Of a stretch of DNA of 64,000 bases, positions 39,275 to 50,086 are shown piece after piece; position 1 is the first letter of the stretch, and every line of letters starts with the position of its first letter. The position numbers and the translations under genes are program-made. The notes beneath the pieces were generated by a model, which was not told the origin of the DNA, made no database searches, and saw nothing but the letters and a program-made list of their open reading frames with translations. Location of the stretch: assembly GCA_040285825.1 (NCBI GenBank), contig JAUPSS010000001.1:3977681-4041680 (forward strand), in the 5' to 3' direction. Source of the DNA: Eukaryota sp. TZLM1-RC. Taxonomy: Eukaryota > Protista > Metamonada: BaSk clade.

Positions 39275-39560
39275 TCAAGTAGAAGACAATAACGGGACAA
39301 CACCTTTAAAAGTTGAAAATACAATTCTGCTCTGCCGAAACAGTTTGTTAAAAATTCTTCCTGTACGTTGTTTTACAATTTCGACAAAATCATCCAAAAA
39401 AAATGAAGAAAGTGGTCCAAGCGTACCATGTAAGGAAAAAGCAAATGGACAAAGGACATAGTGAGTGTGAGATTCAGCATTCAAGAAAACCAACTTAGCT
39501 TTATATTTATCAATTTTAGGATTTTCGGCAACAGACAGCGGATTCTTGTGTTATGACTGA
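39275..39560 (-). mobile_element. 3' end of an RLE-type non-LTR retrotransposon, tail-to-tail with the previous one
   Basis: PLSVAENPKIDKY...LCPFAFSLHGTLG....FLDDF...SRIVFS. Confidence 0.65.
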
Positions 39561-39662
39561 GCTAATGGTATGAAAGAAATATAACACACATCAGTAATAG
39601 TAGTTTTTCTTTAGTGTGTTGAACGTTCAAAATTGATTGACAAGATCATTTATCTTTTTTCA

Positions 39663-42287
39663 ATGGTGAAGACCGTCTTTATAGCCGAGAAGCCTTCTGT
39701 CGCTCTTGCGTTATCACAGGCTCTTTCCAATGGTAACTTCTCTACCTCTAAAACTTCGTCTACTCCCATTCACAGCTTCACTCTTCACTACAATGGTAAG
39801 TCGCTCAACTGCCAGTCTTCTTCTGTCACAGGACATCTCTACAACCGTGATTTTCCTCCTTCCTTCAATAACCGTAGCAATGTCAATCCCATAGACCTGT
39901 ACTCTGCCCCTACTGTGCTTGTTCCAACCAACACCAAGCTCCTCTCTCATCTCACGAATCTCTGCAAAAATGCACAGATTCTCTACCTAGCATTAGATAA
40001 TGATGCAGAAGGGGAGAAAATCTGCATGGATGTACAAAATCTTGTTTCAAAGACCCTACCCTCTTCTTGTTCTCTCCTTCGTCTTCGTTTCTCATCCCTT
40101 CTTCGTTCCGATCTTCTCTCTGCTCTCAACAAGGCTTCTACAACAGACGTTCTGCTTGCTAAATCTGTGGACGCAAGACAAGAAATTGACCTTAAAGTAG
40201 GGGTCTCATTTACAAGATACCAGACTGATTTTCTTAAAGGAAAGTTTAATTTTGACAGTAATACCATTTCTTATGGTCCGGTCCAGACTCCAACCTTGGG
40301 ATTTGTGGTTGCCCAAGAAGATTTGATAAAGAAATTTGTGCCTGAACGTTATTATGAAATTGAATTTTCAACATCTGGGCTAAATTTTAGGTGTTCTAGA
40401 GGTGCTATTTATGATGAGCAATTGGCACACGTGATACGGTCATTAATCATACATAATGCGAACGGAAACTATCAAATCAAAAATGTGATTAAGAAAAAGG
40501 AGTCTAGAACTCGTCCACTGGCATTAAATACTGTCGAATTTTTAAAAAAATGCTCTCAATGTGGAATATCACCAGATTCGGCAATGCATCTAGCTGAGGA
40601 TCTCTATTTGGAATCTTGCATTACTTACCCCCGCACAGAATCTACAGCATACCAATCAAACTTTGAATTCAAAAGGATTCTTAATGAGGTCACGTCACAT
40701 TCTGTTTTAGGAAAGTTTGCTCAATCATTGGCTAATCAATCGCGTTTACAACCCAGAAAAGGAAAGGATGTTGGTGATCACTTGCCGATATCTCCACTAA
40801 GGTTACCTTCAAGAAATAGAAGTGCTCAACATTTAAAAGTTTTTGATATTGTTTTGTGTCACTTCTTGAGATGTTTAAGCGAGGATGCTGAGTTGTCAGT
40901 GGTGAAAATTTCAATCTCTATTGGTGATGAGCTTTTCGAGACGTCAACCCGAAAATTTGAAAAATTAGGTTTTTTAGCAATCAAATCTTCAAGTGTTGAA
41001 AATGAGGATCAGGAAGAGACCACTTCTAATTTTACCCAAAATTTTGTTAAGGGTGAGGTTGTTTCCCTCCAACCATCTAACATTTCTATTATTTCAGGCC
41101 AAACAGTTTCTCCATCTTTTCTGACCGAGTCGGCTCTTATTGACCTAATGGAACGTCATCATATAGGTACTGATGCAAGCATAGCTTCCCATCTGACAAA
41201 TATTGTAAATAGAGGTTACGTCACCGTTGATGGGCCACACAGGAAGTACGTGCCTACTGAACTGGGCAGATTACTTTACCACGCTTACCTTAAAATAGAT
41301 CCTGATCTTTGCCAAGCTAATGTTCGGGGAGAGATTCAGAGATCCGTGGAGCTGATTGCAGCAGGTAAAGCTGTTTTTGATGTTGTGCTGGAATACTCGC
41401 TACTGAATTTCAAACGAAAATTTGAATATTTTTCTGCAAATATTCAAATAATGGTTGATCTTTTTTCTTCTAAATTTGATACCGTAGCAGCTTCAGCCAA
41501 GCCTGTTTCTCGATGCGGGAACTGTTCGCGGTATTTAAAGCTGATTACAACAAACCCACCAAGATTATATTGTGCTTATTGTGAAGAAAACTTCTCTATA
41601 CCTTTTCTACAAAAGTCAAGAGAGTATGACGTGTCATCTGTGGAGAATATGATGTGTAGTGTGGATTCCTTTGGCCTTTGTGTGTCTAATTCAAGTGGTC
41701 GTAAGCTTTTGTTTTGTCCTAGATGCAGTCAAGCTAAGAATTTCACTGTTCAATGTGTTTTTTGTTGTTTTGAAGACTGTCCACATAGAATTCGTAAATT
41801 CTCTTTTGGAGAGTGCAAGGAAGGTTGTGGAGGGCATTTGTTTTTTGAATACTCAAACAAAATTTCCCTTTATTGTGGAAAATGTGACTTTAAATTAAAT
41901 TGTCCAGCAATCGCTAAATATGAACTGAAAGATCAAAAATGTGATTGTCAATCAAAATTGATTGATGTTTGGTTTAAAAAAGGGTTCACATTACCCGTAA
42001 AGTTTAGAGATGCTGGTTATTCCATTACAGAAATCAATACTCTTTGCTTGTGGTGTGATCCACTTTTACTCTCTCTATCGCACACATCATCCAAGCAACC
42101 TACCCCTGTCCACCATAGAGGTCGAGGTAGTCGAGGTGGAAGAGGTAGGGGAGGTCGAGGTCGAGGTCGAGGAAACAGTAGAGGTAGGGGAGGTGGAAGA
42201 GGCAGGGGAAGGAAGACTGATGATAGACTAAGTTCGGCACAGCAAGCCTATGTATACAAGGGACACGATGCATTTTTCCAGATTTAG
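39663..42287 (+). CDS. TOP3B: DNA/RNA topoisomerase III beta
   Basis: AEKPS, SVTGH, LDNDAEGE, RQEIDLKVG, SYGPVQTPTL, ITYPRTES (catalytic Tyr), GTDAS, C-terminal Cys zinc fingers and RGG tail. Confidence 0.95.
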   Translation: MVKTVFIAEKPSVALALSQALSNGNFSTSKTSSTPIHSFTLHYNGKSLNCQSSSVTGHLYNRDFPPSFNNRSNVNPIDLYSAPTVLVPTNTKLLSHLTNLCKNAQILYLALDNDAEGEKICMDVQNLVSKTLPSSCSLLRLRFSSLLRSDLLSALNKASTTDVLLAKSVDARQEIDLKVGVSFTRYQTDFLKGKFNFDSNTISYGPVQTPTLGFVVAQEDLIKKFVPERYYEIEFSTSGLNFRCSRGAIYDEQLAHVIRSLIIHNANGNYQIKNVIKKKESRTRPLALNTVEFLKKCSQCGISPDSAMHLAEDLYLESCITYPRTESTAYQSNFEFKRILNEVTSHSVLGKFAQSLANQSRLQPRKGKDVGDHLPISPLRLPSRNRSAQHLKVFDIVLCHFLRCLSEDAELSVVKISISIGDELFETSTRKFEKLGFLAIKSSSVENEDQEETTSNFTQNFVKGEVVSLQPSNISIISGQTVSPSFLTESALIDLMERHHIGTDASIASHLTNIVNRGYVTVDGPHRKYVPTELGRLLYHAYLKIDPDLCQANVRGEIQRSVELIAAGKAVFDVVLEYSLLNFKRKFEYFSANIQIMVDLFSSKFDTVAASAKPVSRCGNCSRYLKLITTNPPRLYCAYCEENFSIPFLQKSREYDVSSVENMMCSVDSFGLCVSNSSGRKLLFCPRCSQAKNFTVQCVFCCFEDCPHRIRKFSFGECKEGCGGHLFFEYSNKISLYCGKCDFKLNCPAIAKYELKDQKCDCQSKLIDVWFKKGFTLPVKFRDAGYSITEINTLCLWCDPLLLSLSHTSSKQPTPVHHRGRGSRGGRGRGGRGRGRGNSRGRGGGRGRGRKTDDRLSSAQQAYVYKGHDAFFQI

Positions 42288-43321
42288 CTATTTTATTGTA
42301 TTTTAATCATTTTTTAATTAATTTTTTTTCAATTTATTTTTTTCCTTTCAGGCAGTTTTCCCAATATTTATTTGTTCGAGGTTCACATTCAGCTTTTTAA
42401 ACTTTTATTTATCTTTATTATTATGATTTCTAATTTTGTTTGCTGGTTAACTCTTTATAAATGTCTTTGTATGACACTTGTTCTTTGTATGTGAGAAAGA
42501 GGAAGGAAACAGAAATTTTATCAGCAGACGCAGAACGATGTCGAGATTCAAAAATGCATTGTGGAGAACCATTACTGTATTGTTAAAAGATTAACTAAAT
42601 GTTAAGAAAATGCATAAATATTCCATGAGCAATGATGACGTGATCCACTTTCCTAAAAGGGAAAATCACGTTTAGCCACAGCTAACTTAAATATTCCATG
42701 GTCAATGTCAAAATTGTATTAATTTTCAAAGTATCTTATCGTTCTTTTTTTGGTGCCACACTTGGGTAACCTTTTAAACTTCATGGTACACTGAATAATT
42801 TAGAGAACAAATTGTGTTGAGTTGTCAGCGCTTTTGTTCAAGTTCATTAATTGTTAAGTCTAAAGAGCAAAATTAAGCCTCTATTTTGAAGTTAAACGGG
42901 GGAATTCATATCAATCAACGTAATAGTCAGACGTCACCTTACGTCTGATCTATTTTATGGGTACAGTCCACGATTGAATTTTAGAATAAAACTTGTTATT
43001 TCAAAATGTGCTGAAGCTTGAATGTGTAGTAATATCTTAGAGGGCAGGTTTTCTTTCATGAACCAGTAATTAGAATTAACCATTACCTTGCATATGACGT
43101 TCCATGAAAGCAACAATGGAACCAATAGTTTCATTAGGATTTAACCAGATAAAAGAGTTGTATGAGCCATTGAGAGAACCAAAAAGGTGGATGCTAATTT
43201 TGTATATGATTCATGCTGACCCAAAAATTCAGTTTCTATTTACTATTGAAACCTACACTCTTATTTGGGTTCTTTTGGGCAATTAATCATCTATCAAGAA
43301 AGATGAGCATTATTTATGGAA

Positions 43322-43472
43322 TGTATTACAGTTGGTATTCATAGGGAAAAGTGTTAGCCTTGGATAATATTTATAATAGTTTATTTATAGTTTATTAATA
43401 GTTATTGTATTATTGCGCCCATGCGCTTAAGTTAAGGGAAATTCTCATTCCCTTGTAATAAATCTAATTACA
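43322..43472 (+). repeat. Putative 5' LTR (~151 bp, TGTA...TACA)
   Basis: Begins TGTATTAC, ends TAATTACA, contains AATAAA, lies 15 nt before the gag ATG. No second LTR in the window to confirm it. Confidence 0.45.
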
Positions 43473-43487
43473 TTTAAGGTATACTCA

Positions 43488-46400
43488 ATGTCTAACCCCC
43501 ACAGATCATCAATACGTATTGGATCACCTTTGGGTGGTTCCAATGACAACTCCGAGACTGTTAGGACTGATCCTCCTACGTCTCACTCTTCGAGTTCTTC
43601 CTCCCGAACTCCTCAGTCGGGACCAGAACAACCCTTGTCAACTGGGTCTGAGGGAAGCAATGCTTCTTCTCCTCCTGTGTTAACTCCTCCCTCCGGAGAT
43701 TCTGTTACACAACCCAATGTTACGAGTTCTTCCTCCCAAACTCCTCAGTTGGGAATAGAACAACCCTCTGGTGGCGAGAGAAGTGATACTTCCTCTCAAC
43801 CCTCGGGTCAAGGTTCCACTCCATCTACGGATGACGTTCCTGTGGTTCCTATCAGTCTTCCTGTTCCTCCCTCTAATGTGGAAAACTTTGTACCTCTTTC
43901 TCCTCCCCCTGGTTCTGAAGGAGAGGTTGAAGATTCCCTTTTAGGTCCTGAACAGTTCAGTACTTTAGATGAATATCTGAAGTATATCATCAACCAGACT
44001 GATCCTGACTCGGCCAGCAACAAGATATCTGAGCTGTTGAAGCTCAAGAGGGTAGAGCCTCCCTCTTCACCTATTGTTTGCGCTCCTGTTGCTCCTTCCA
44101 CTTCTTCTACGGAAGTTCCTGGGGAAGGACAACAAGTTCCTTCTACTTCTTCTACGGAAGCTCCTGGGGAAGGACAACAAGTTCCTTCTACTTCTTCTAC
44201 GGAAGCTCCTGGGGAAGGACAACAAGCTCCTTCCATTCCTTCTAGGGAAGTTCCTATGGAAAGCAGCCCTCCGCAACAACCAGCTCCTCCTGCAGTCCCT
44301 GCTGGTAACTCTAATCCTACTACTCCTTCTCGAGAAGTTCCTGTAGCAGGTCCTCCTAATACTTCTGCTCCTACTACGGTAGCTCCTACAGAAGTCCATT
44401 CAACTCCATCTGTTCCTCCTTCGGGAGTTCCTACTAGAGGAGTAATTCATATTCCCCCAACCTCTGGCCAGACTCCTCAGCAAGGTCACGTTGTTTCTTC
44501 TGTTCCTGCTGCTTGGCAGGTGCTTAGTGCTGCACAGCCTAACACCTATCAAGCCCCAAGCCAGCCCCAGGAATCAGATTCTCCTTTCATCTCTACCCAG
44601 CAGAGGACTGAAGCACAAACTTTAGTTCTCAATGCTGGTATTGAGTTAATGCAAGGAGATCCTGCATCGATTCCTCCCAACGAACTCATTGCTGCTTTAC
44701 CCCCATTTTGGGGTCCAGAAGTGGTTAATGATCACGGCTTTAGGATACGCAGAAGAATTGGCCCCTACTTCCCAACGGAGGAAGTAGACAATCTTACGGT
44801 TCGTTGTGACCCTCCTCCAATTTATCCTCAACGGGATACTGTTGGAGGGTTCAGAACTCCTCGTGAAGGTGTACAGAGGATTTTCGCTGGTGATGAGCTG
44901 AATCTCTTCCTCAATCGATGTAACCCATGTCCTTTCCCCAGGTTTAGCCCTGGATACAATGCCTCTCTTGATATTTATATCAATAGAGATTTCAGGACTG
45001 GATGGTGGTACACTTACACTACGAACTACCAAAGATTGTACCTGCAAGACCGCAGACCTGACCTTTGTGCGTCATATTTTGGTCCGGAGCATAGAAGGAA
45101 TAGGCCTTTAAGGGATGCCCTGATGAATGTACAGGAGAACATTGGCGTCACCAATTCTAGTTCTCTTCTGTGGGTCAATATCGATGGTAATGTGCAAAGT
45201 TACTATCCGAGTGATCATGACCCAGTAGAATTGAGAACTTCTGAGCCTGACCCAGTTGAGACAGACACAGTTTTCTCATCTTTGAGCATTGAGCCTCAGG
45301 ATGACCAACAACAAGATGAGCCGATGGCAACTACTGACACTGTTGAGACAGTGCAACAACCTGTAGTTGTCCAATCTCAGGATCCATCAACTCCTTCCCA
45401 GGTTCCTCAGGACCCTAGGCTCCTAGGAGCAACTCCTTCTAACACTCCCATAGCTCCCCAGTTTTCCAACACTCTACTGATGGAAGCTATGGCGAGTTCA
45501 CAAGATAGAGATAGAGATAGACAAAGAGGTGGTCGTCCTAGAAAACCCACCCTGGAAGCCAACGATATCTCTGACCCTGTAAGGATCTTGAAATTCATCG
45601 ACAGATTTATTCTGTATGCTAGGACTGAGAGGACCATTGAAGAGAGAGATATCAATGAATCTGATCCTACTCAAGTCAGACTAGCAAGAGAAGTGTCTGA
45701 ATTAAGAAGGCAACTTGAGGAACGTTCTCGTCCTTCTGCCACTCCTCAATCCATAAGCAGAGAAAACCGGAACCTCCCTCTCAATCAGAGATATGGTAAC
45801 CCCCTCCACGAGTGGGACCGATTCAGAGCTGCTGCTCAAGTCGACCCTCGTAGGATTGCCTCCTGCGTTACTCCAGAGTGCTTAGCTGCTCTGAGAGCTC
45901 AAGGCAGATTTTCGTCTATGTCTGATAGTATCTCAGCTATCGACAACATTAATGAGGAGCAAATATGGGAATCAATTTTACACCTCAGCCAGTATAGTAC
46001 TTTAGAAACGGCGAGGAATCAGTTATATAGAGTTCAGATGAATTGGAATATTCAGGACTTTAGGAATCGCTGGGGCGACTTCACTGTGAGGCTAATGAGA
46101 ACAGTTTCACGAAGTACCGCCATTTCTGACGTCAGGGCAAGCGACCGTGCCTTGTATGGTCAACATTTCCTACAGCGCATTCAAAACTGGAAAATTGCAA
46201 CCCATATGATCGATTCTGTTGGTATTCAGGCCATCAGTGACAACCTGAGAACAGTATGGTCCACACCCAATGTTTGGCAACACCATACTTTACAACAATT
46301 TGTCGACATCCTTGCTGCTGAATACATGAGTTGGTGTTCAGCAAGATCCTATGACGAGCAAAGGGCCAATATCAGTGACAGCTATCAACAACATATGGGT

Positions 46401-46934
46401 CACTATGTTAGAGCAAACCCAAAGGACAAGAAAAGAATAGGCAAATTTAAGCCTGCGGGTTCCAGCGTCGCCCCTGCTCAACTCACCAAAAGGAGCAAGT
46501 CGCAAATTAAGAAAGAAAGAGATAAAGCTGGTCTCTGTAGATTCTGTGGTTTTCCAGGCCACTCTATTAACGAATGTCCCGACCCTGATTGCCAGCGATC
46601 CAAGCAATGGCGAGATGCCAACCCAGATGCCGTTCGAGCATATTTGGCTAGGGGTAGTAGTAATAGTAGTAATAGAGGCAGAGGTAGACGTAGAGGAAGA
46701 GGCAAGGGCCCTTCTAGTAGTAATAAACGTTCCCATAAATATTCAATGTTTACTATAGAGCAAGATAGCTCTCCAACCGGTAATACATCAAAGCAACGTT
46801 CAAACAAATGTTCCTTGTTTACTATAGAGCAAGACAGCTCTCCAGCACGTAAAACACCAAACATAAAACAAACCTCAGTCTCCAACCAGTGGATTAAGTG
46901 TTTAACTAATCCTTTGACTACCCGGAATTTTTAA
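43488..46934 (+). CDS. gag: Gag-like protein, 1148 aa, with CCHC zinc knuckle
   Basis: CRFCGFPGHSINEC (CX2CX4HX4C), RG-rich tail, Pro/Ser-rich N-terminus. Confidence 0.85.
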   Translation: MSNPHRSSIRIGSPLGGSNDNSETVRTDPPTSHSSSSSSRTPQSGPEQPLSTGSEGSNASSPPVLTPPSGDSVTQPNVTSSSSQTPQLGIEQPSGGERSDTSSQPSGQGSTPSTDDVPVVPISLPVPPSNVENFVPLSPPPGSEGEVEDSLLGPEQFSTLDEYLKYIINQTDPDSASNKISELLKLKRVEPPSSPIVCAPVAPSTSSTEVPGEGQQVPSTSSTEAPGEGQQVPSTSSTEAPGEGQQAPSIPSREVPMESSPPQQPAPPAVPAGNSNPTTPSREVPVAGPPNTSAPTTVAPTEVHSTPSVPPSGVPTRGVIHIPPTSGQTPQQGHVVSSVPAAWQVLSAAQPNTYQAPSQPQESDSPFISTQQRTEAQTLVLNAGIELMQGDPASIPPNELIAALPPFWGPEVVNDHGFRIRRRIGPYFPTEEVDNLTVRCDPPPIYPQRDTVGGFRTPREGVQRIFAGDELNLFLNRCNPCPFPRFSPGYNASLDIYINRDFRTGWWYTYTTNYQRLYLQDRRPDLCASYFGPEHRRNRPLRDALMNVQENIGVTNSSSLLWVNIDGNVQSYYPSDHDPVELRTSEPDPVETDTVFSSLSIEPQDDQQQDEPMATTDTVETVQQPVVVQSQDPSTPSQVPQDPRLLGATPSNTPIAPQFSNTLLMEAMASSQDRDRDRQRGGRPRKPTLEANDISDPVRILKFIDRFILYARTERTIEERDINESDPTQVRLAREVSELRRQLEERSRPSATPQSISRENRNLPLNQRYGNPLHEWDRFRAAAQVDPRRIASCVTPECLAALRAQGRFSSMSDSISAIDNINEEQIWESILHLSQYSTLETARNQLYRVQMNWNIQDFRNRWGDFTVRLMRTVSRSTAISDVRASDRALYGQHFLQRIQNWKIATHMIDSVGIQAISDNLRTVWSTPNVWQHHTLQQFVDILAAEYMSWCSARSYDEQRANISDSYQQHMGHYVRANPKDKKRIGKFKPAGSSVAPAQLTKRSKSQIKKERDKAGLCRFCGFPGHSINECPDPDCQRSKQWRDANPDAVRAYLARGSSNSSNRGRGRRRGRGKGPSSSNKRSHKYSMFTIEQDSSPTGNTSKQRSNKCSLFTIEQDSSPARKTPNIKQTSVSNQWIKCLTNPLTTRNF
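44095..44235 (+). repeat. 45-bp tandem repeat x3 in gag (PSTSSTEAPGEGQQV)
   Basis: Direct reading of the sequence. Confidence 0.9.
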
Positions 46935-49900
46935 AACAGCTACAACGATAGAAACACCAAATAAACCCTGTTTCAATCATGAGTTCGACTCGAACCCAGA
47001 CTCAGCGTCCCACAGCGATATCTTCATGGTTCGCACCTCAGATGTCGCACGCAAAAATTTAAAATTGAAATTTTCAATAAATAACTGCGAAATAGAAGGG
47101 ATCATCGACTCTGGAGCTTCGATATCAGTCATCACTGTTGATTTAGCAGAGAGATGCAACATGGTAAAGACTAACCATTGCATAAACTTTAAGTCAGCAA
47201 ACAACATCATGTCGAAGTCTTTAGGATCAGCAGAAGGCACACTGAGCTTCAGACTCGGTAGTGTAACCCAACTAGTACACGTGAAACATAGCTTGGCCAT
47301 CATTCCTGGCAACAATATGTTACTAATTGGTAGAGACCTGTTGCATCACCTAGGCTTATTGAACGATGAAGGCCTCTTCATCAAGATGGATGAGGAACAT
47401 CGTACATTACTTCTGCCTGAGGCTGAATTCGACCATCGAATCTCCCAAGTCTCAGATGTCGTCAACGTCCCCAGACGTTGGTTGGAGCACATACAGTCTT
47501 CTGGTTGTACTATTAACCTCGACTGTGATAACGACAAGAAGACCTTACTTCTAACCTTGAAAGAGTTCGAAGAAACATTCACCCTTAAGCCGCATGCTGA
47601 TGGGATTGACTGTCCTCCAATGGAGATCAACTTTCATGATGAAAGTATTCGAGTCAGACGACCCCCTCGTAGGTTAAACCCCGAGAAGCAGAAAGTCGCC
47701 GAACAGATCTTCGATGAACTCGTCGAGTCTGGATTTGCTGTACCATCGAACCATGAGTTCAGCTCTCCAGTATGTCTTGTGGTATACCCTGATCATCGTA
47801 AGCCTCGCCTTACTGGTGATTACAGCGGCAAGGACGGAGTCAACGCCAACACTATTCCCGTTGAACCTAATCTCCCCAGAATATCCGATGTGCTAGTCTT
47901 CCTTTCGGAAGCCAATTTCATCGGTACCCTTGACCTCCCAAAGCCTTTTGGCAACTAAAGATTGCAGAAAGGACTGGGAGAAGACTGCCTTAAGCATCCC
48001 TGGCAAAAGTATCATGTTTAAACGTGCTGCTTTTCGGCCTCAAGAACGTTCCTGCAGTCTTCCAGAACGTTATGGCAGACATCTTCTCCGGAGACGGTGT
48101 ATTCATCTATATAGATGACATCATTATAGTAGGTAGAACCTTCAACGAGTTCCTCGGACGTCTAAGACGTGTCCTCGAGAAAGCTCGAACCCGTAGAGTT
48201 AGCCTTGGACTGCCCAAGTGCCATTTTTGTGTCCTCTAGACACCCAATAAAAGATCCTTGGTAGCAGATTCCAACACAAAACCAGGACCATAGATCCTAC
48301 ACGCACAGAGTCTTTACTGAATCTTCCCAGACCTAAGACTGTGAAAGACGCCCGTAGCCTTATCGGCTCAGTCAACTTCATTAGGGAATGGCTTCCCCAG
48401 GTAACCAAGCATGTTGCCCCGATCATCAAATTAACACATGGCAAACCACGTCGCTTGCAGTGGAAAGACACTCACAACTACCATTTAGCCGAAATCAAAC
48501 GTCTGATCGCGGAGCATATGCCTCTCAACTTACCTCCGGTGGATAACCAAGTACTAATTAGTTGTGATGCCTCTGATATAGCAGTTGGCGGCGTGATTTG
48601 GGAACAAATAGAACCCACTAAGGACCCTGGTACTTCCTTACTCAATAGGAAATGTAGACCAATCAGCTTCTTCAGCAGATTGTTGACTAACTCCCAGCAG
48701 AACTGGCCCACGGTACAGAAAGAGCTCTATGCTATCCTTCTCATGCTTACCGAAAGTGGCTTCGAGAACTACCTCAAAGGAAGGCGTCTGATCATTTTCA
48801 CAGATCACCAAAACCTAACTTACATGCTTACCGCTCCGAACAAAAACAGAATAGTCAGAAGGTGGCTTCCCATCTTTTCTGAGTTCCTATTCGACATAGT
48901 TCATACAAAAGGGGAAGAGAACCATTGGGCAGACATGCTATCTAGGATAGTACCGCCCCAAGACAATCATACCATCAACCATCTGGTACATTCTAATGAC
49001 CAAGAGTTTCACCCTATCTACTACACAAATAGGATTGACGAAACTGAGTCAGAGAGATGCTTCGTTGAAGATCTCCATACATTTGAGAAGGTGCTCATCC
49101 TTCAAGACAAATGCTCCAATGACCTTCCACTCTTCGAGCCATGGCTCTGCAAGATCAGGTCCGAACAAAAGCGAGCCCTCGCTAACCAGGACACCTCGTT
49201 CAACAACTGTACTTTGGATAGTCGTCTAGATCTTTATCTGACTCCAGAGCACAAGATCGTGATTCCTCAATCACTGGTTAAGGATACGCTTAACCTTCTA
49301 CATGGACTCCCGCAAGGTGGCCACCCCAGTAAGGCAGAAAGTCTCCTCAGACTCAAGAACAGCGACTACTGGTGGCCTAACATGCTTTCAGACATGACCA
49401 AGCACGTCCAAGAATGCCCCTCCTGTCAGAAGACAGCAGCAGTCCCCAAACTGCATGTCCCTACAACTGGTTCCTTGTGGGCTGACAGACCATTCGCAAG
49501 AGTTAACGTCGACGTCATTGGTCCTCTTCCAGAAGATCAAGACGGCCACAGATACATTCTTGTATTTGTGGATAGCTTCACGAGGTTCACTATCATAGTC
49601 CCTCTCAAAGAACTCAACGCCAACCTTACTGCTGACGCTCTCATATGGAAGGTATGCGCGATATTCGGGATTCCGTTCATAGTTCATAGTGACAACGGTC
49701 CTGAGTTCTCTAAAGCTGTCTTCGACGCTCTATGTGAGTTTTTGGGCATAGAGGTCTCAAAGTCCGTCCCTCACTTCTCTCAATCCAACGGTTTAGTCGA
49801 ACGCCGTCACCGTGACATTTTGCAGAATTTGAGGAAGCTGCTCGTAGATTTTAACGCCTACGACGCATGGTCAGAGTACATACCCTATGTACAATTGTTA

Positions 49901-50086
49901 ATCAACTCATCCAAGAGTTCGATTACAGGTTACTCTCCATACGAGCTCATGTTTGGTTCAGATTTTTAGCCCAAGAGCTGACCCCGGCAAAATCATAGAG
50001 ACCCTCGAAAGCTCAACGTCTGAGTCAACCTACATCAACAACATTCAATCCAAATTTGCCAGATTGAAGAAGAAACAGGAGGAAGC
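46918..50086 (+). CDS. pol: Pol polyprotein (protease, RT, RNase H, integrase), broken by homopolymer frameshifts
   Basis: IDSGAS; LDL..AFWQ; FGLKNVPAVFQ; YIDD; CDASD...KELYAI...TDH; H..GH...CPSC; VDVIGP, SDNG, ERRH. Confidence 0.9.

Larger units (their letters stand above)
43322..50086 (+). mobile_element. Ty3/gypsy LTR retrotransposon, 3'-truncated by the duplication junction
   Basis: gag followed by domains in PR-RT-RH-IN order. Confidence 0.93.

Noticed and set aside
44095-44235. CRISPR-like array
   Set aside because: Contiguous in-frame coding tandem repeats without spacers, in a eukaryote
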